A DNA stretch of 64,000 nt from Raillietiella orientalis (taxonomy: Eukaryota), in NCBI GenBank assembly GCA_036172245.1, contig JAYWIR010000002.1, positions 186,001-250,000 on the forward strand, written 5' to 3'. Under the pieces are notes generated by a model. It was not told the DNA's origin, did not search any database, and saw only the letters and a program-made list of their open reading frames with translations. This document shows, in pieces, positions 11,406 to 23,851 of this stretch (the stretch's first letter is position 1; each line of letters starts with the position of its first letter). The position numbers and the translations under genes were made by a program.

Positions 11406-12623
11406 TCACTTCTTTCTGTAATATTTTGGAGGCACAAAAGGTAGAGAACACATTTGAGCATCTATGACTTTCTTGTTTTTTAGAACATACCATCCATCAT
11501 AACAGAGGTGCTCTGATAACACATATCCCATTGCGATATTGCAATTTAGAGTGGGAGATGGGCAACCACTTGTAATGACACCTATCTCTTGCCCATCTTG
11601 GGTAAGTATTAATGTTCCATTTCTGGGAGACAGTCCCTTAGACTTGAAGCCCACTCTTATTCTCTTTGGATTATTTTTCAGCTGCTCCAAAATAATTTGA
11701 GAGCCTGGAAATCTTCCATCTACTTTTCTTCTTTTGCCTATAGTCCACTTCAGACCAGCTTCCACTGGAGTGACAGTTTCATCAAAATCCACTCCACTTA
11801 AGCACAACCCAGCTTCTAATCTCAGGGTATCTCTTGCACCTAGACCAACTAACTTCACATGCTCACACTGAGCCAACAGTTTCTGGCATAATTCTACCAC
11901 TTTACTATTGGGCACTGATATCTCAAAGCCATCCTCTCCAGTGTAGCCACAACGTGTAACCTGGCAATCTGAAATCCCAGAGACAGTTGTTGTGACACTA
12001 GACATAAACAGAAGATTCTCTAATGAATAATCCGTTAGGCACTGGAGGCAGTGTGCTGCTTCTGGTCCTTGTAAAGCAATTAAACTGTATGAAGTTAGCT
12101 CCTGCAACTTGATATCGGAAAACTTTTCATTGTTTTTTATACTTGACTGAATGAAGCCGAGAACTTTTATCTTTGTTGCAGCATTTGAAACAAGATACAG
12201 TTTATCAGGAAGATTTGTGACAATAAAGTCATCAATAATTCCACCATTTTCATTAACAAAAACGGAAAGTAAAGAGCGATTGCATTTTAAACCTGCTATG
12301 TCTGATACACATAGACTTTCCATTAAATCAATTCGTGAATTTCCATAAATCATCAATTGGCACATATGGGAAACATCAAACAATGAACAATGAGTCCGTG
12401 TATGGTGATGTTCAGCATTTATGCTCTCATTATTATACTTGAGAGGCAAATGGAATCCTGCAAAGGGTACCATTTTTGCCTTATTCATGATATGAAAATC
12501 ATATAACTGAGTTCTGTTCAAGGACTGATCACAGTACTTTACAACTCTACTATACATGTACATGAAGGGCTTATTTCTCATTAAAGTAATAGAAATCTTT
12601 CTCAAAATTGGAATTTTAATCAT
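11406..12623 (-). CDS. AMT: Mitochondrial aminomethyltransferase (glycine cleavage system T protein), single coding exon, 405 aa
   Basis: Uninterrupted ORF with GcvT motifs MVPFAGFHLPLKY, SLFDVSHM, GGIIDDFIV, LIALQGP, VTRCGYTGEDGFEIS, GLGARDTLRLEAGLCL, ITSGCPSPTL, IAMGYV, LPFVPPKYY; basic N-terminus consistent with a transit peptide. Confidence 0.97.
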   Translation of the reverse strand: MIKIPILRKISITLMRNKPFMYMYSRVVKYCDQSLNRTQLYDFHIMNKAKMVPFAGFHLPLKYNNESINAEHHHTRTHCSLFDVSHMCQLMIYGNSRIDLMESLCVSDIAGLKCNRSLLSVFVNENGGIIDDFIVTNLPDKLYLVSNAATKIKVLGFIQSSIKNNEKFSDIKLQELTSYSLIALQGPEAAHCLQCLTDYSLENLLFMSSVTTTVSGISDCQVTRCGYTGEDGFEISVPNSKVVELCQKLLAQCEHVKLVGLGARDTLRLEAGLCLSGVDFDETVTPVEAGLKWTIGKRRKVDGRFPGSQIILEQLKNNPKRIRVGFKSKGLSPRNGTLILTQDGQEIGVITSGCPSPTLNCNIAMGYVLSEHLCYDGWYVLKNKKVIDAQMCSLPFVPPKYYRKK

Positions 12624-13899
12624 TGTATCTTTTTTTCTGGTTTACTAATTAACCAAAGTCCTATCAAAACCGTATCAGCACCAAAAGGTAAATTTCTGAA
12701 GATCCTGCAATTTCAATGATCTTACGTATTCCTTGGTTCTTGGTTCAAACTAAATAATTTCGAAAGAAAGCATCCACTATTATTACAGAACAAATTCACA
12801 CAATCCCCTATTTTTCATTATCACACGAATTAAACACCAGTGAAATTTGCTATCATGTTAACATGTGCATTCAGATAAGAATATGCTGCAGCAAGAATGG
12901 AAAGTTATACATCGGTGAAATATCCAAGCCTTAACGAGATCGACACTTTTTGACGCCTCAGCAGCCAAAATGAAAATAAAGCATGTTCACGAAAGTCATC
13001 ACGGGAAGAAAAAAAAAAAACTAGATAATTTGGAACCACGGGGTTACACGACCACGCATGCCATTTCAAGAAACCCAACATCAAAGCAGTACTGGTACTC
13101 GTGTTCTTCAAGTTCCCTTCTCCGCAACGTACCAACTGTTCTTCCATCCACCAACTTGCACTGCAAAACTTAAAAGGATGCTCAAGGCACAGATCGCAGA
13201 AATTTCGCAAATCCTGGAAACGATAATGCATCTTTCCCTGAAACTTTAAAAGGATGTATCTTAGAGAAACACAGACTCACTCTCTAGGTTTCTGTTCGCT
13301 TTCGCTTATTCTCCCTGGAAAAAGAAAATCAGGATTATTAAGATTGAGAATGAGGACAACATTATTTGGTACTATGCTAGAGTGTTTTCCACCGGTAATG
13401 CTTCTTATTTCCCACTTTTAAAAATTTTCTGTTTGAAAGAAAAAATTAATTAACATCAGTCGTGCATTGCAGAATGCTGAATATAAGGTATTTTAGGAAC
13501 ATTTGCAATGTACAGTACTTTAACACTATCAAGTCAGGAAACATAAAAGATTTAAATACACAAACTAGTATTTAGCACATCTGTAGTACACATCGATTAA
13601 TGTTTCATTAGTAGTCATGATTTAAAACCTAAAGACTGTGGTATTTCATTTTATTTCACAATCGATGCATTTATGTGAGGCCTTTTATTCACATTCTTTT
13701 ATGCATTCGTACATGCCTAACACAAAAAGCTTGTATACTTTTAATTTTACTAGTATTGAAAGTGAGCAATGAATATAATCCTTTTTACTCCCTTTCACTT
13801 TTTGTGAACTCATTAATTCCATGAATTTGATGCAGAAGCAGATCGTAAAAAAATGAAAACTTATCACTTTCTAAGTAAATCGGGCTCTCGACTAGGATC

Positions 13900-13936
13900 A
13901 AACGACATGTTTTACATCGGGTAAAACATGTCGTTT
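13900..13936. repeat. Perfect inverted repeat, 16-bp stem, 5-nt loop
   Basis: AAACGACATGTTTTAC-ATCGG-GTAAAACATGTCGTTT. Confidence 0.95.
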
Positions 13937-16900
13937 CTGGATGAAACTTCTCATTTCAAAACAGCGACTCTACTACACAGTATGTTTGCTTGCTCTTTTG
14001 TTATGGCTAAAAATAAGTTTTTCTATTTTTCTCAAAAGTAAGGATTTATTTGATCTATGTATCGTTTGTTTGTTGGAATTTTTTATGTTCTTATTAAGGC
14101 GTAAGTTGCAATTCGTTATAGTGTATACTGCAATACTGAGATATGCCCATCATTGTGAAGCTTTGCATTTGCATTCCCTGGTTGCAAATAACAAGTGAGG
14201 GGAGATTTAAAACTCACTCAGAAAGTAACTTTAAGCAATATGTGTAGCATTTAAAGGAATATACAGTTAATAAATAATAAAATTACTTTTAGGAAAATCT
14301 GTACTGTACGGTACACAGGTAACCGAGGATATCTAGTAACAATTTGGTCAAACATGTGTCAAAACAGTCAACAAGTAAAAGCAATAGAAGAGAATAACCT
14401 CCCGCTTGAACGGATAATTCTGAATTTTTTCAAATGAGATGTTGGCAATCTTTTTCGAACATTGTTCTTAGCAATGATGTGACAAAAGGCATGAGTTTTA
14501 AGCAGCAAGCTGAGCAATAGAGGGGACATGCATCAAGTTTACAATTTTGATTTTTCTATTCTCAGCGGTCTTCCTAACGAAGTGATCACAGATCAATGAT
14601 AATTTGTTAGTACCATAATCTAAAACCAATCGTTACGCTTGAAAAGCAGTAGACAGTTGCACGATTCTGCGTCTCTTATTAACGAGAGCTTTGATCCTAT
14701 CCTTTGACTTGAGGTGCCAACAAGATTTAGTCGTTCCTTGTCAAAAAATACTCCCATTGCTATTCTCTATGCTCATCTCCTGTGTTTTTCAATTTAGTAA
14801 ACACTGCAGTTTTTTACTTAAGCTATCGGTGCTTTTTGCAAATTTTCATTTTGATTTCTTAGAAAATGTGTACCAATGATTTCACGAGGACAAGCAGTTC
14901 TTTTCACCAGTTTTGACATTTCTCCAGAAACATACAAACCTTCGGAGTTTGAAATATTAGTAACTGGGGGGAGAAGAGTTCAATATCGAGTCTTAAAAGC
15001 AGGTTGTGTCATCCTGTGGTTGCTTACAACCTGATATCTGTTCTCTATATGGTTTATCGGCAGATGTAATTTGCACCTAGCATTCAACGAATTTGTTTGG
15101 ATTTTTAGCAGATAACCCATTTCATCCCTTTCTCTTTATCCTCCTTGAGGCACAGTTTTCATGCAAAATAATGCCAACCATATCCAACGACTTTTCCTAT
15201 CCCTTGTTTCATTTAGCTACAAGTTTTGCATACTATTTTTACTTCCTTTCCAAGGAACTTTTGGCCATCTTCACCCTGCCTGACTGGTCAAGTCCAAAAC
15301 AGGTATCTTTAGTATCACTCATCGCGAAAGCATCCATTACCATTAAGTAATGCACCTCGAGATGGAAGATTCCTTCGATGAAGATAATTTACTCATCGTT
15401 ACTAAAATACACAAAGATAAGCTGAATTTTAAGACAATGGGAACCGTGTCCTCATCATGCCTTTGTCTTCTCCTTGAACTCTGTTATCACATTTTCACTG
15501 TCAAGCACACTTTCCCTACCGTAACTCATTCGAAACAACAAACATACTAGATTCAATCGACACTGATTAGCGCTCTGGTGAGGAATAGGAATGAATTCTC
15601 TTTCAGCATGCTCAGAATAGAATATTCCATCGCCCAAGGAAGAGAATCCGAACCATTCTTACTCTGTTTCATTCCCTCCATGCTTACGCAACGCCTCCCT
15701 ACATTAGAATAAATTGCATCCTGAAAATTAGGAAACATGCGTCTACTGATAACTATTGGTAGCCTAACCTATAACTGGCTTCTATTCTCCTTAACTACTA
15801 CTCTAGCTGTGTACATAATTATTCTTCTCATTTGATGCATTCCAGTTTATCGTTTTATGATCTACTTTTTTTTCCCTTCAGCATCCTTGTCTCTACCCTG
15901 CTAGGAGTCCTTAAAGTACCATCCATCTCTTCCTGAATAATCACGACCACTCACTGTTTTGCTATCTGTTATGAATAAACTACATTAAACTCATCGGCTA
16001 CTGTATAACAAATAGTGCTATTTGTGCAACTTGGCTTTCAAAAGCAAATATAAACTGCTTGTCTCATGCCTTTTCCTACAGCGTCCACCCCTGTATCCTT
16101 TTCCTTATAGTATTCAATTTATCAGGACTTTCTGACTTCTTAGAATTTTTGTCCGAATAAATAATTGAAAAGTTATTCATTGTACAGCATCCTTGCTCCC
16201 GATCTATCGAAATGCTAGACTATGAGCCCCCATCATCCTTCTCTTGAGAAATCCCAACATATACTTTCCATCTCGATGTCGCTATTTCACGAATTCCAAT
16301 TTCACTTTCAACTTCCACTGCCAGCAGATATTATGTCCTTTAAGAATTGCCACGCTCTCAGCTTCAGATCACCACTACGATACCATTTCCTCCTCAGAAA
16401 GGCACAGTGCCGAGAAGATCCAATCCCCCTTCAACCAAGGCATCTCCAGCTCCAACACAAGGTCAACTTTTCTACGAGGATTAGGAAAGGATCGGGTCTC
16501 CAATAAATTTATAAGGTGCCTTTCTCTCTTGAGTCGTTTTAGTCGTGCACTGTTCGGATCTTTTGATTGGAGTAACTTTTAGATGAAATAATGGAATGTC
16601 TTTCAGATTCGAATGCGAATTCGCAAAGCAAACTGTCTGTAGTTCGGATAGTTCCAAGTGAAAACAAGCAATAAATCCATCTCGTACCGAAGCACATACC
16701 TTCTAAGAGATGGAAGGTTACATGAACCTTCCCAGGGAGAATTCCAGTCTTGGGAACTTTCCACAACTCTGACTCGTATCCCTCAGCTACAAAGACACTG
16801 GTACCCTTTGTTTCAGCTTCAGAGTCTTACAAAAGACACATCCGACAAAATTCCCAAAGATCGACCACCTTGGTAAGATTTTCTCGATATATCCTTTCAT

Positions 16901-19311
16901 TATCCCCAGTGTACATCAGAGCTTGAATTCCCTCACAATACTTGAACCCATAACGTTAAGATCAAGAACGGTCCGTTCCTCAAACAGCAGCCGGTTTCCG
17001 AGAATTTGTCGAGTCTGGAGTTTCTGTTCTTTTTTACCAACTTTCCCGTCTTGGAAGCGACGCAATGCTACCCATGTCTCAATTTGCAGACTAAATAGGT
17101 CAACATGGCAAACCAAACGCCAGACGAGGTGCATACACCAAAAATAGTGCAGTGTGGCAATGAAAAATGCCGTACTCGATGCATGATGTCCAGGCCGAGT
17201 TGTGCTTTGAGAAACGAATTCCAGGAAGCCACAGGGACCTCGAATCACGTGGAAGAGGATCATTCGGGTATCCGCTGTGCGTTGGTGAATTTGTTGGGAT
17301 CCACCTCTGGGCTTCGGGATTATTGCGACAGTTAGGAAACTGATTGCCCAACGCAGGGGTAGGAAACACATTACCGCAGTTGCCTACCGGCTCTGATAAA
17401 AGACGTGTTTTGAAATAGGCATCGGCACCAATACGGAGCGTTCTGCTGAAATCGCCTTAGTAACCTAATAAGCCCAGGTGCTTACTGAAGGTCTATTTGA
17501 ACAGCAATCGAATAACACGCTGACCATGGTCTTCAAATCAACCATCGAGCACCTCCTGGGATTCGTCATTCGCCAGTGCGTGAGCAGTCACGTGTTGGCA
17601 TGAAAGGGAACGCGAACACTTCTAAGCAAACACTGAGGATGAAATTATCTCGAGGCTCGTGGATCCTCTCGATAAGATGAGCTCTGCCTTAAGTCCGGTG
17701 CAAAACAAGGACACTTCTCAGACTGTGTTCTCCGTCGTTCTCATCTACATCGGGAGCTTCGTCTGGAACTTTCGTATCTGACAATCTTTAAAGAAATCCA
17801 TCTCGCGAAGTCTTCGCTTCGAGGACGTGAATTTGTTTCTAAAGTTCAGCCCCGTTCACGAAGACCGAAACGGCATTCGTCCTTTGCCATCAGGTTTGCC
17901 TCCCTTCCCTTCCTTTTCCCGCATCCCACATTGCTCCAGAGAAAGCCTGTCTTTCTTGCATTCATCAGAAGGAACAAGACAGATAAAAGCACCTCGGTAT
18001 TGTGTGCCATCCTGGAAAGAGCCACACCTGCCTCTCTTTCGTTTCACATGAGCGGGCTCATACAATGAATAGTAATTCAAACGGGAATACAGAAAATCCC
18101 AGAAAAAAAACCCAAGCATCCAGACGCAGGCCAGGATCTTTGGGGTCTCGTACCACCGCAGGAAGAGAGTATATCAGTGCTTGGGAACCTTTCTCTTTCC
18201 AGTAAATCCCTACGAATGAAATAAGAGTTCCAATGTAGGAATGAGACCTTCCGGTGAACATCGTTTTCGATTTTAACGTCTATAAAAAATTCTCTTCTGT
18301 ATCCAGGCACCACATGTTCTGTACCTGTCCCTTAACAAACATGCTTTTCCTACCCTCATCATTAGGGAATGTCACGATGTTTTCTAACGAAAGAGAATCA
18401 TCATTTCTCTACCTCTATCAAGCGACATGTTTGTTTGGCGTGTTTATAGGAAAAGTCGGTTCCTTCCTTCCCGTGTTCTTCCACACTGGGTGTAAAAGAG
18501 CTTCTTGATGTCTCCAGAATCTCTGAAAAAATAGAGGCATCAAAGAAAATATCTTTCTGAATAGAAGATGGATGCTATTGTCGGTCAGAGGAAACTTTGC
18601 ACTATATAAAGGGACACACGGGAAGTAGCAACAGAGGAAAACGAAAGAGAGACCAAATCATATTACAAACTTCCCGAATGACATTCATTTCATTTTCGCT
18701 CAGCTTTATGACCTACACTTCCCTGCAGGCGTTGTTCGTGTATCGAATTAGCGCAGGTTATGAAAGTTTCAAACATTCATTAATGCACGGTAACGTTTTT
18801 AAACATTTCAGCGCAACAACGAGTGACCTGAGCTCTTATCGATCAGAAGACTGTAGAACCCGGAGGGCATTCCTCCATCGACCTATGCACTTCACCTCCA
18901 CTTCTCTGAGGGTTTCGCCATTGTGGAGAGTTCCTTCGGTGCGTATTGGAGTATCCCAACCACTGGAATCTTTAGAATGGAAGACACGGGCTGACTCCGG
19001 GATATTCTTCCGCACAATCAACTTTTCATCATGCACTGAGGTCCGGGAAGTCCGTCTCATTCTCCCTAGATGGAAATTATGCCCAAGATGAATCTGAATT
19101 CTTGTTCCCATCTCATCCTTAGCAAGAAGAAGCCACGTTGAACCATTCGCTAAACAGCGCAACTGCTCCGCGTAAGCTGAGAGTTCAAAGATTCAAGACA
19201 AGAAGGCATAACTTTCCGTCCTCAAGAGACTCTCGAATCACAGGACTCGCCTTCAGCAAAGGATGAGCTGCATTTTAGAAGATGCCGACGGTTTGGTGCC
19301 TCCTTGAGGTT

Positions 19312-19731
19312 CTATTTCTGACTAGCCGACCCAGGTTGAGCTTCTGAGTCGCCAGCTTTTCTCATTTTCGTCTCAGTCCCCAGCTGCACCTAATCGTTTT
19401 AGAATCATCACAGCCCTTACCATCCTTACAACAATTTCACGGATTTGTTGTTGCCTTTTCGATAATCCCTCAGAATCAGCCGATTCTCGGAGACCATTCT
19501 TCCAAGAACTTCACTGATGCTTCGTCTCTTACATCGCACTGCCGCCTAGTTCCCTTTTTTTGCCCCTTCCCTGGGGAAATCAGAGCTCAGTGGAAAATTC
19601 ATGTGGATCCAGGGCTTCTAGCATCTGCAACGTCTGCGTTGCCTGAGGAGACCGTATCTTGTCCAACGGCGCTAAAGTTGTCTTCAGAGTCGTGGGTCTT
19701 AAGCTAACCTGTGTCGGCTAGTTAGAAATAG
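19312..19731. repeat. Spaced inverted repeat (arms 19312-19343 and 19701-19731)
   Basis: CTATTTCTGACTAGCCGACCCAGGTTGAGCTT versus reverse complement CTATTTCTAACTAGCCGACACAGGTT-AGCTT. Confidence 0.9.
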
Positions 19732-22700
19732 GTCGACGGGACTAATAAAGGTGACGGAAGTCTGCGAGGACAGAGGGGATGTCCAAAGTTTAAGAAGGAG
19801 CTTGACACTTGGATTCTGTTACTCCCTAGGCGCCCCGAACTTGAGAGATACTCTAGTAGCAGTTTCAGGAGTAACTGTGGTGCTGTTTCACGACTGCCAT
19901 GTGTTCCGCTGATGCGCGTTCGTCCTCTCTTCTTATCTTATCTTCTGTCTTTCTCTTCGTTGCCGACTGCGTAGAGTCTGCACAGTCGATCACAACCACC
20001 AGGATGAAATCAACCAACCAAAGGCCTTTGGCCTTTGGTTCTTCTTATTCTCAGGTGCTGCAGCGGCCACACGTTCTGTGATTTCACAAGAGTCGACATG
20101 TTGACTCTCTCAGGTGTGATTCCAACACAACAAACGCGTCCGCCATTGCTAGGTAGTTTGCATGCTACACTGTCGATTCTTTTCTTAGTTTCCATGCTCC
20201 GCACAGAGGGCAAAAAGAAGAGAAAAATGCGATAAACTGTGATTTTCTGGAGCACCAGTCCGTTTCAGAGCAAGCTAGAAAAAAGGCAGAGTTTCCTGAC
20301 GTAGGAAAACGAAAGACCGAAGAAGAACAAAGCTCTCAACGCTCCTCGGGTGCTCCACTTTACACTTGGATCGATCTCTTGCTGCCGTGTGCTCGCCGAT
20401 TTATTTCAGCGCATCGGAGGTATCTGATCCTCGGCATCCAACACCTCCTCCATCCGGAGACGCGAAGCGACACACTTAGCATGCTGTGAAAGATCGTTAT
20501 TGAAACCTCTTTGAGATCAAGCTGCAGCAGTCCTACGGAGGAGATCTGAAGCACACTGTTCCCTCCATGTGCTGAATTCCCGATCCCTCGATGGAGCCAC
20601 GATTGAGATTACTTCTTTCATAGGCGTTGTCGAAACGCGCATTCCTGATCTGGGTGCAAGGGAACGATGGTGACTCCCATCTTCGGTGAACGATATCTGC
20701 GGTCGAGAAAGCGCTGATAAATTCGTGACCTTGAGTTTCTGTTGGCGAAGAATCCATTTGGAATGCTTTGGTGCATTTGTTGTGGCAACATACTGTTCTC
20801 TCTGAAACACGTTGCACATCTTGGCTGCACTGAAACTTGGAGCAAGAAAAAGCACGAAGGGAGCAGCCCTGCCCTTTATCACTGTGGTGATAAAAATATG
20901 ACATGGTTGTTGTTTCTCATCTTGTTTGTCCGTTCCCTTGAGCCCCTGTTTGGGACTCGTGCGTTGGGACGTTTACTGCTGTGTGCTCTAAAAGATGGAT
21001 AGCACATCTGTTTTTAGAAGACAGTTATAATTGTTGTGATTTTATGGCGGTTGCTCACCTGAGAGTTTTAGAACCTTAGAACTCATGCAGTCAGAAATAA
21101 AGCCAAAGTACTTCCCATTAAATATCAAATGCATTTTTCAAAACCACATTTCATTTTTTTTTTTGTGTGTTTTCCTGTTACGTGAGATCACCCTGGAAAT
21201 CATTCTTTCCACTATGCATTTCGTGACAACCGTGCGCATGTGCCTGTGGATAATTTTGAGGGAGCACCATGGGAGAAGGTACTCAGACAATGCATTAGAA
21301 TTATTCTGGAACATAGATTTTTAAATTCTATGGATTCCGAGATTTGGAAATTTCCTCAAAGTCGGTTCATGCTCCTGAATGAAAGAACTGTGTGATTCGT
21401 ACTACCAGAATCCATTTGTAAAAAACGGAATGTTCTGCATCCCGTTAGCTATTTTTAACTTTTCCATGTTTGTTTTTGAAGAGTTGTACAGTGGAATTCG
21501 ATGTTTCCAAGGGCACCAAAAACCTGAGCAATGACTTCGCATATACGCGGATTCTTCCACATCTTCCTCTCATAATTCTTCCATTGCAATGCGCAGTGGA
21601 CATCCAGATTCTGGATAATCTAATACCTGGAAGGTTCGCCATCTGCGATGCCGGGTGGTCATGTGTGCAGCTAATTTCAGAACTCATCTAACCCAACTCA
21701 GCCTTAGTCTCATAAACAGCTAGGACGTATCACCCACGCGACGTTCACCTCGTGCGCCGATTAATTAGAGGAGGGCAGCAAAAAACACGGCACCTGAATG
21801 GGCATGATCCAAGTAGGCGACATCCAGAAAGAGATGAGTCTCTTTCTTTGGACCACGAGCGCTTCCTCAACGCTCCGCCGAGCCTCTCGTGCACACACAG
21901 AAAACCGGAGGAATTCCGGCTCGGGAAGACAAGAAAACCTCCGGCTTCAGTGGGCTGTTTTTTCCGTCCATCTTAGTAATCACAAGATCCGCAATTCGTC
22001 ATCACCCATTACTGAGCGACCCTTACGCAAGCAATGGGTCTTTCAGGGTCTTTCGAAACCGTGCTCTGGCATTTTATTGAGGAACTGGTGACTGCGAATT
22101 GAAAGGCAGGTATTCCACAACAGCGATTTTCCTCACTGTTAAGGGACGACGGTAAATAGCAAACTGAAAAATACATAATAACTTGTGATTGTTTACATAT
22201 CTACTAACCTTGAGGTTTGAAAACTGCGACTCCCGTGCTTTTACTTTTCGGGAAGGATTTGAGCGAATTACTTCCAAGTAATCCTGCATCGAATTAAAGG
22301 AATCATCAATAAGGGAGATGCTCATGTGGTAAGAGTGTATGCAGCCAGCAAAGCTATGCAATTCAAAATATCAACAAGTAGCTACAAAAAGCAATGACGT
22401 TTGCGAGCATAAGTGGAATACTAACAAATGTGGAGTGTGGAGACCAATTTTCGTAGGCAATGGCAGCAGCAAAGTGGTGCTTTTAATGCGGTCTCACCGG
22501 AGCCTTTACTTTAATACACGAATGGACATACAAGATGCAAAAATACAATGAGCAGCAGTTCGGCATTTCGCAAGAAAAAAAAGGATTGTCTGAATTAAAT
22601 TAATAAACACGAAGCAGAAGGAATCACCGGACTGCATCGTTATTCAGGGAAAGGGAGGAAGGGGCAAGTTTTACCGGCAGGCTGACCCATGTCTTCCGTA

Positions 22701-23834
22701 GGCAGCAAAGTGCTCAGTGAAGAGCGTCAACAGTTCTTTCGGAGGAGTTGGTGAAGATGCAAGGTGACAACAGTGGGAATGCAAGCTCTCGAAAAAGAGT
22801 TACCGAATGAAGTGCGGTGGAATGGCACGCCAGAGATCCTCTCGAAAAGATCGGCACCAGCAGAGACGGGGGCGTTTATTTGAAAGTGGCTGTATGCTAA
22901 GATTCCGGTAGTTGAAGGAGCAGTGCAAATCCTGGAATCCTTTCCAGGAAACAGCCATGCTGTGGATGCGAATGTTTCAGAGAGCCATTATCACTCGCTC
23001 CTGAGGAGCAGGAATCGCTCGCGCTGCGTGGTAGGGCCGGCAATCAGCTGGCATATAGGTGCGGGAGAGCAGTTCGCTCTGAAGACGACCCAGCAGTGGA
23101 TACTGAGGAAGATTGGCCGCGTAGGAAGAATGCTTGCAGGAAGCAGAAGGGAGCTTAGCATGCTGTCCGCGAAAAACGGAATGCCCCCAAAAAGAAAATC
23201 GTATACAACGTGTACAATTCTCCTTCCCCCCTCTTCGTCTTCTTTTTCAAGTATGGTCGCCATGGAGACCCGCAGCGTCCGGGCAACGGCAGAAAGTGGA
23301 AAGCTGCCGCAGTTGCGTGCGCAGCACTGCAACTCCGGGTTTCGCTGTTGCCTCTTCTGAAATGGACTGGGGTCGGAGTGGAGCAAAGGATGGGAAGAGA
23401 CACTGGCTCTTGCTGCACGTGAGGACTCGCTCCCCGGGATTTCTCCGAACAGGGAAGCATTGGGGATTGCAAAGCTGCTTGCCCGGAAAAACGCCCGGGT
23501 CTCTCTGGAAGGTGCACGGAAGTCCCTTTTCGAAGAGGCATTGGGAAGCAATCCAGGTGGCGAAAGCAGGAGGAAAAAAACGGCGACGGACAGTGCATGG
23601 AGAGTGCAACGCGGACCTATCTCTTCTTGGCTCTTCGTCGCTCTGGGAAAACCAGCGACGGAGGAACAACCTGAAAAGGCATGGTATCTCGGCTCGCGAA
23701 CTTGGGACGGGGAGGCGAACTGCTCTCCACGGGCTGTAGTTCCGGATCCCATCATGGTAACGTTCGTGTCAATGCTCAAGTGAACAAGTTCACGGGGAAT
23801 CGCATTTGCACCTGCTCTGAAAGAGCAAACAGCT

Positions 23835-23851
23835 GAGAGAGAGAGAGAGAG
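23835..23851. repeat. (GA)8 microsatellite, forming a polypyrimidine tract of a minus-strand acceptor
   Basis: Minus strand reads CTCTCTCTCTCTCTCTCAG. Confidence 0.85.

Noticed and set aside
1..13320. TAG reassignment or readthrough (single in-frame TAGs in coding-like stretches near 120 and 13285)
   Set aside because: No in-frame TAG occurs in the five intact genes, and the broken tracts are also interrupted by TAA, TGA and frameshifts.
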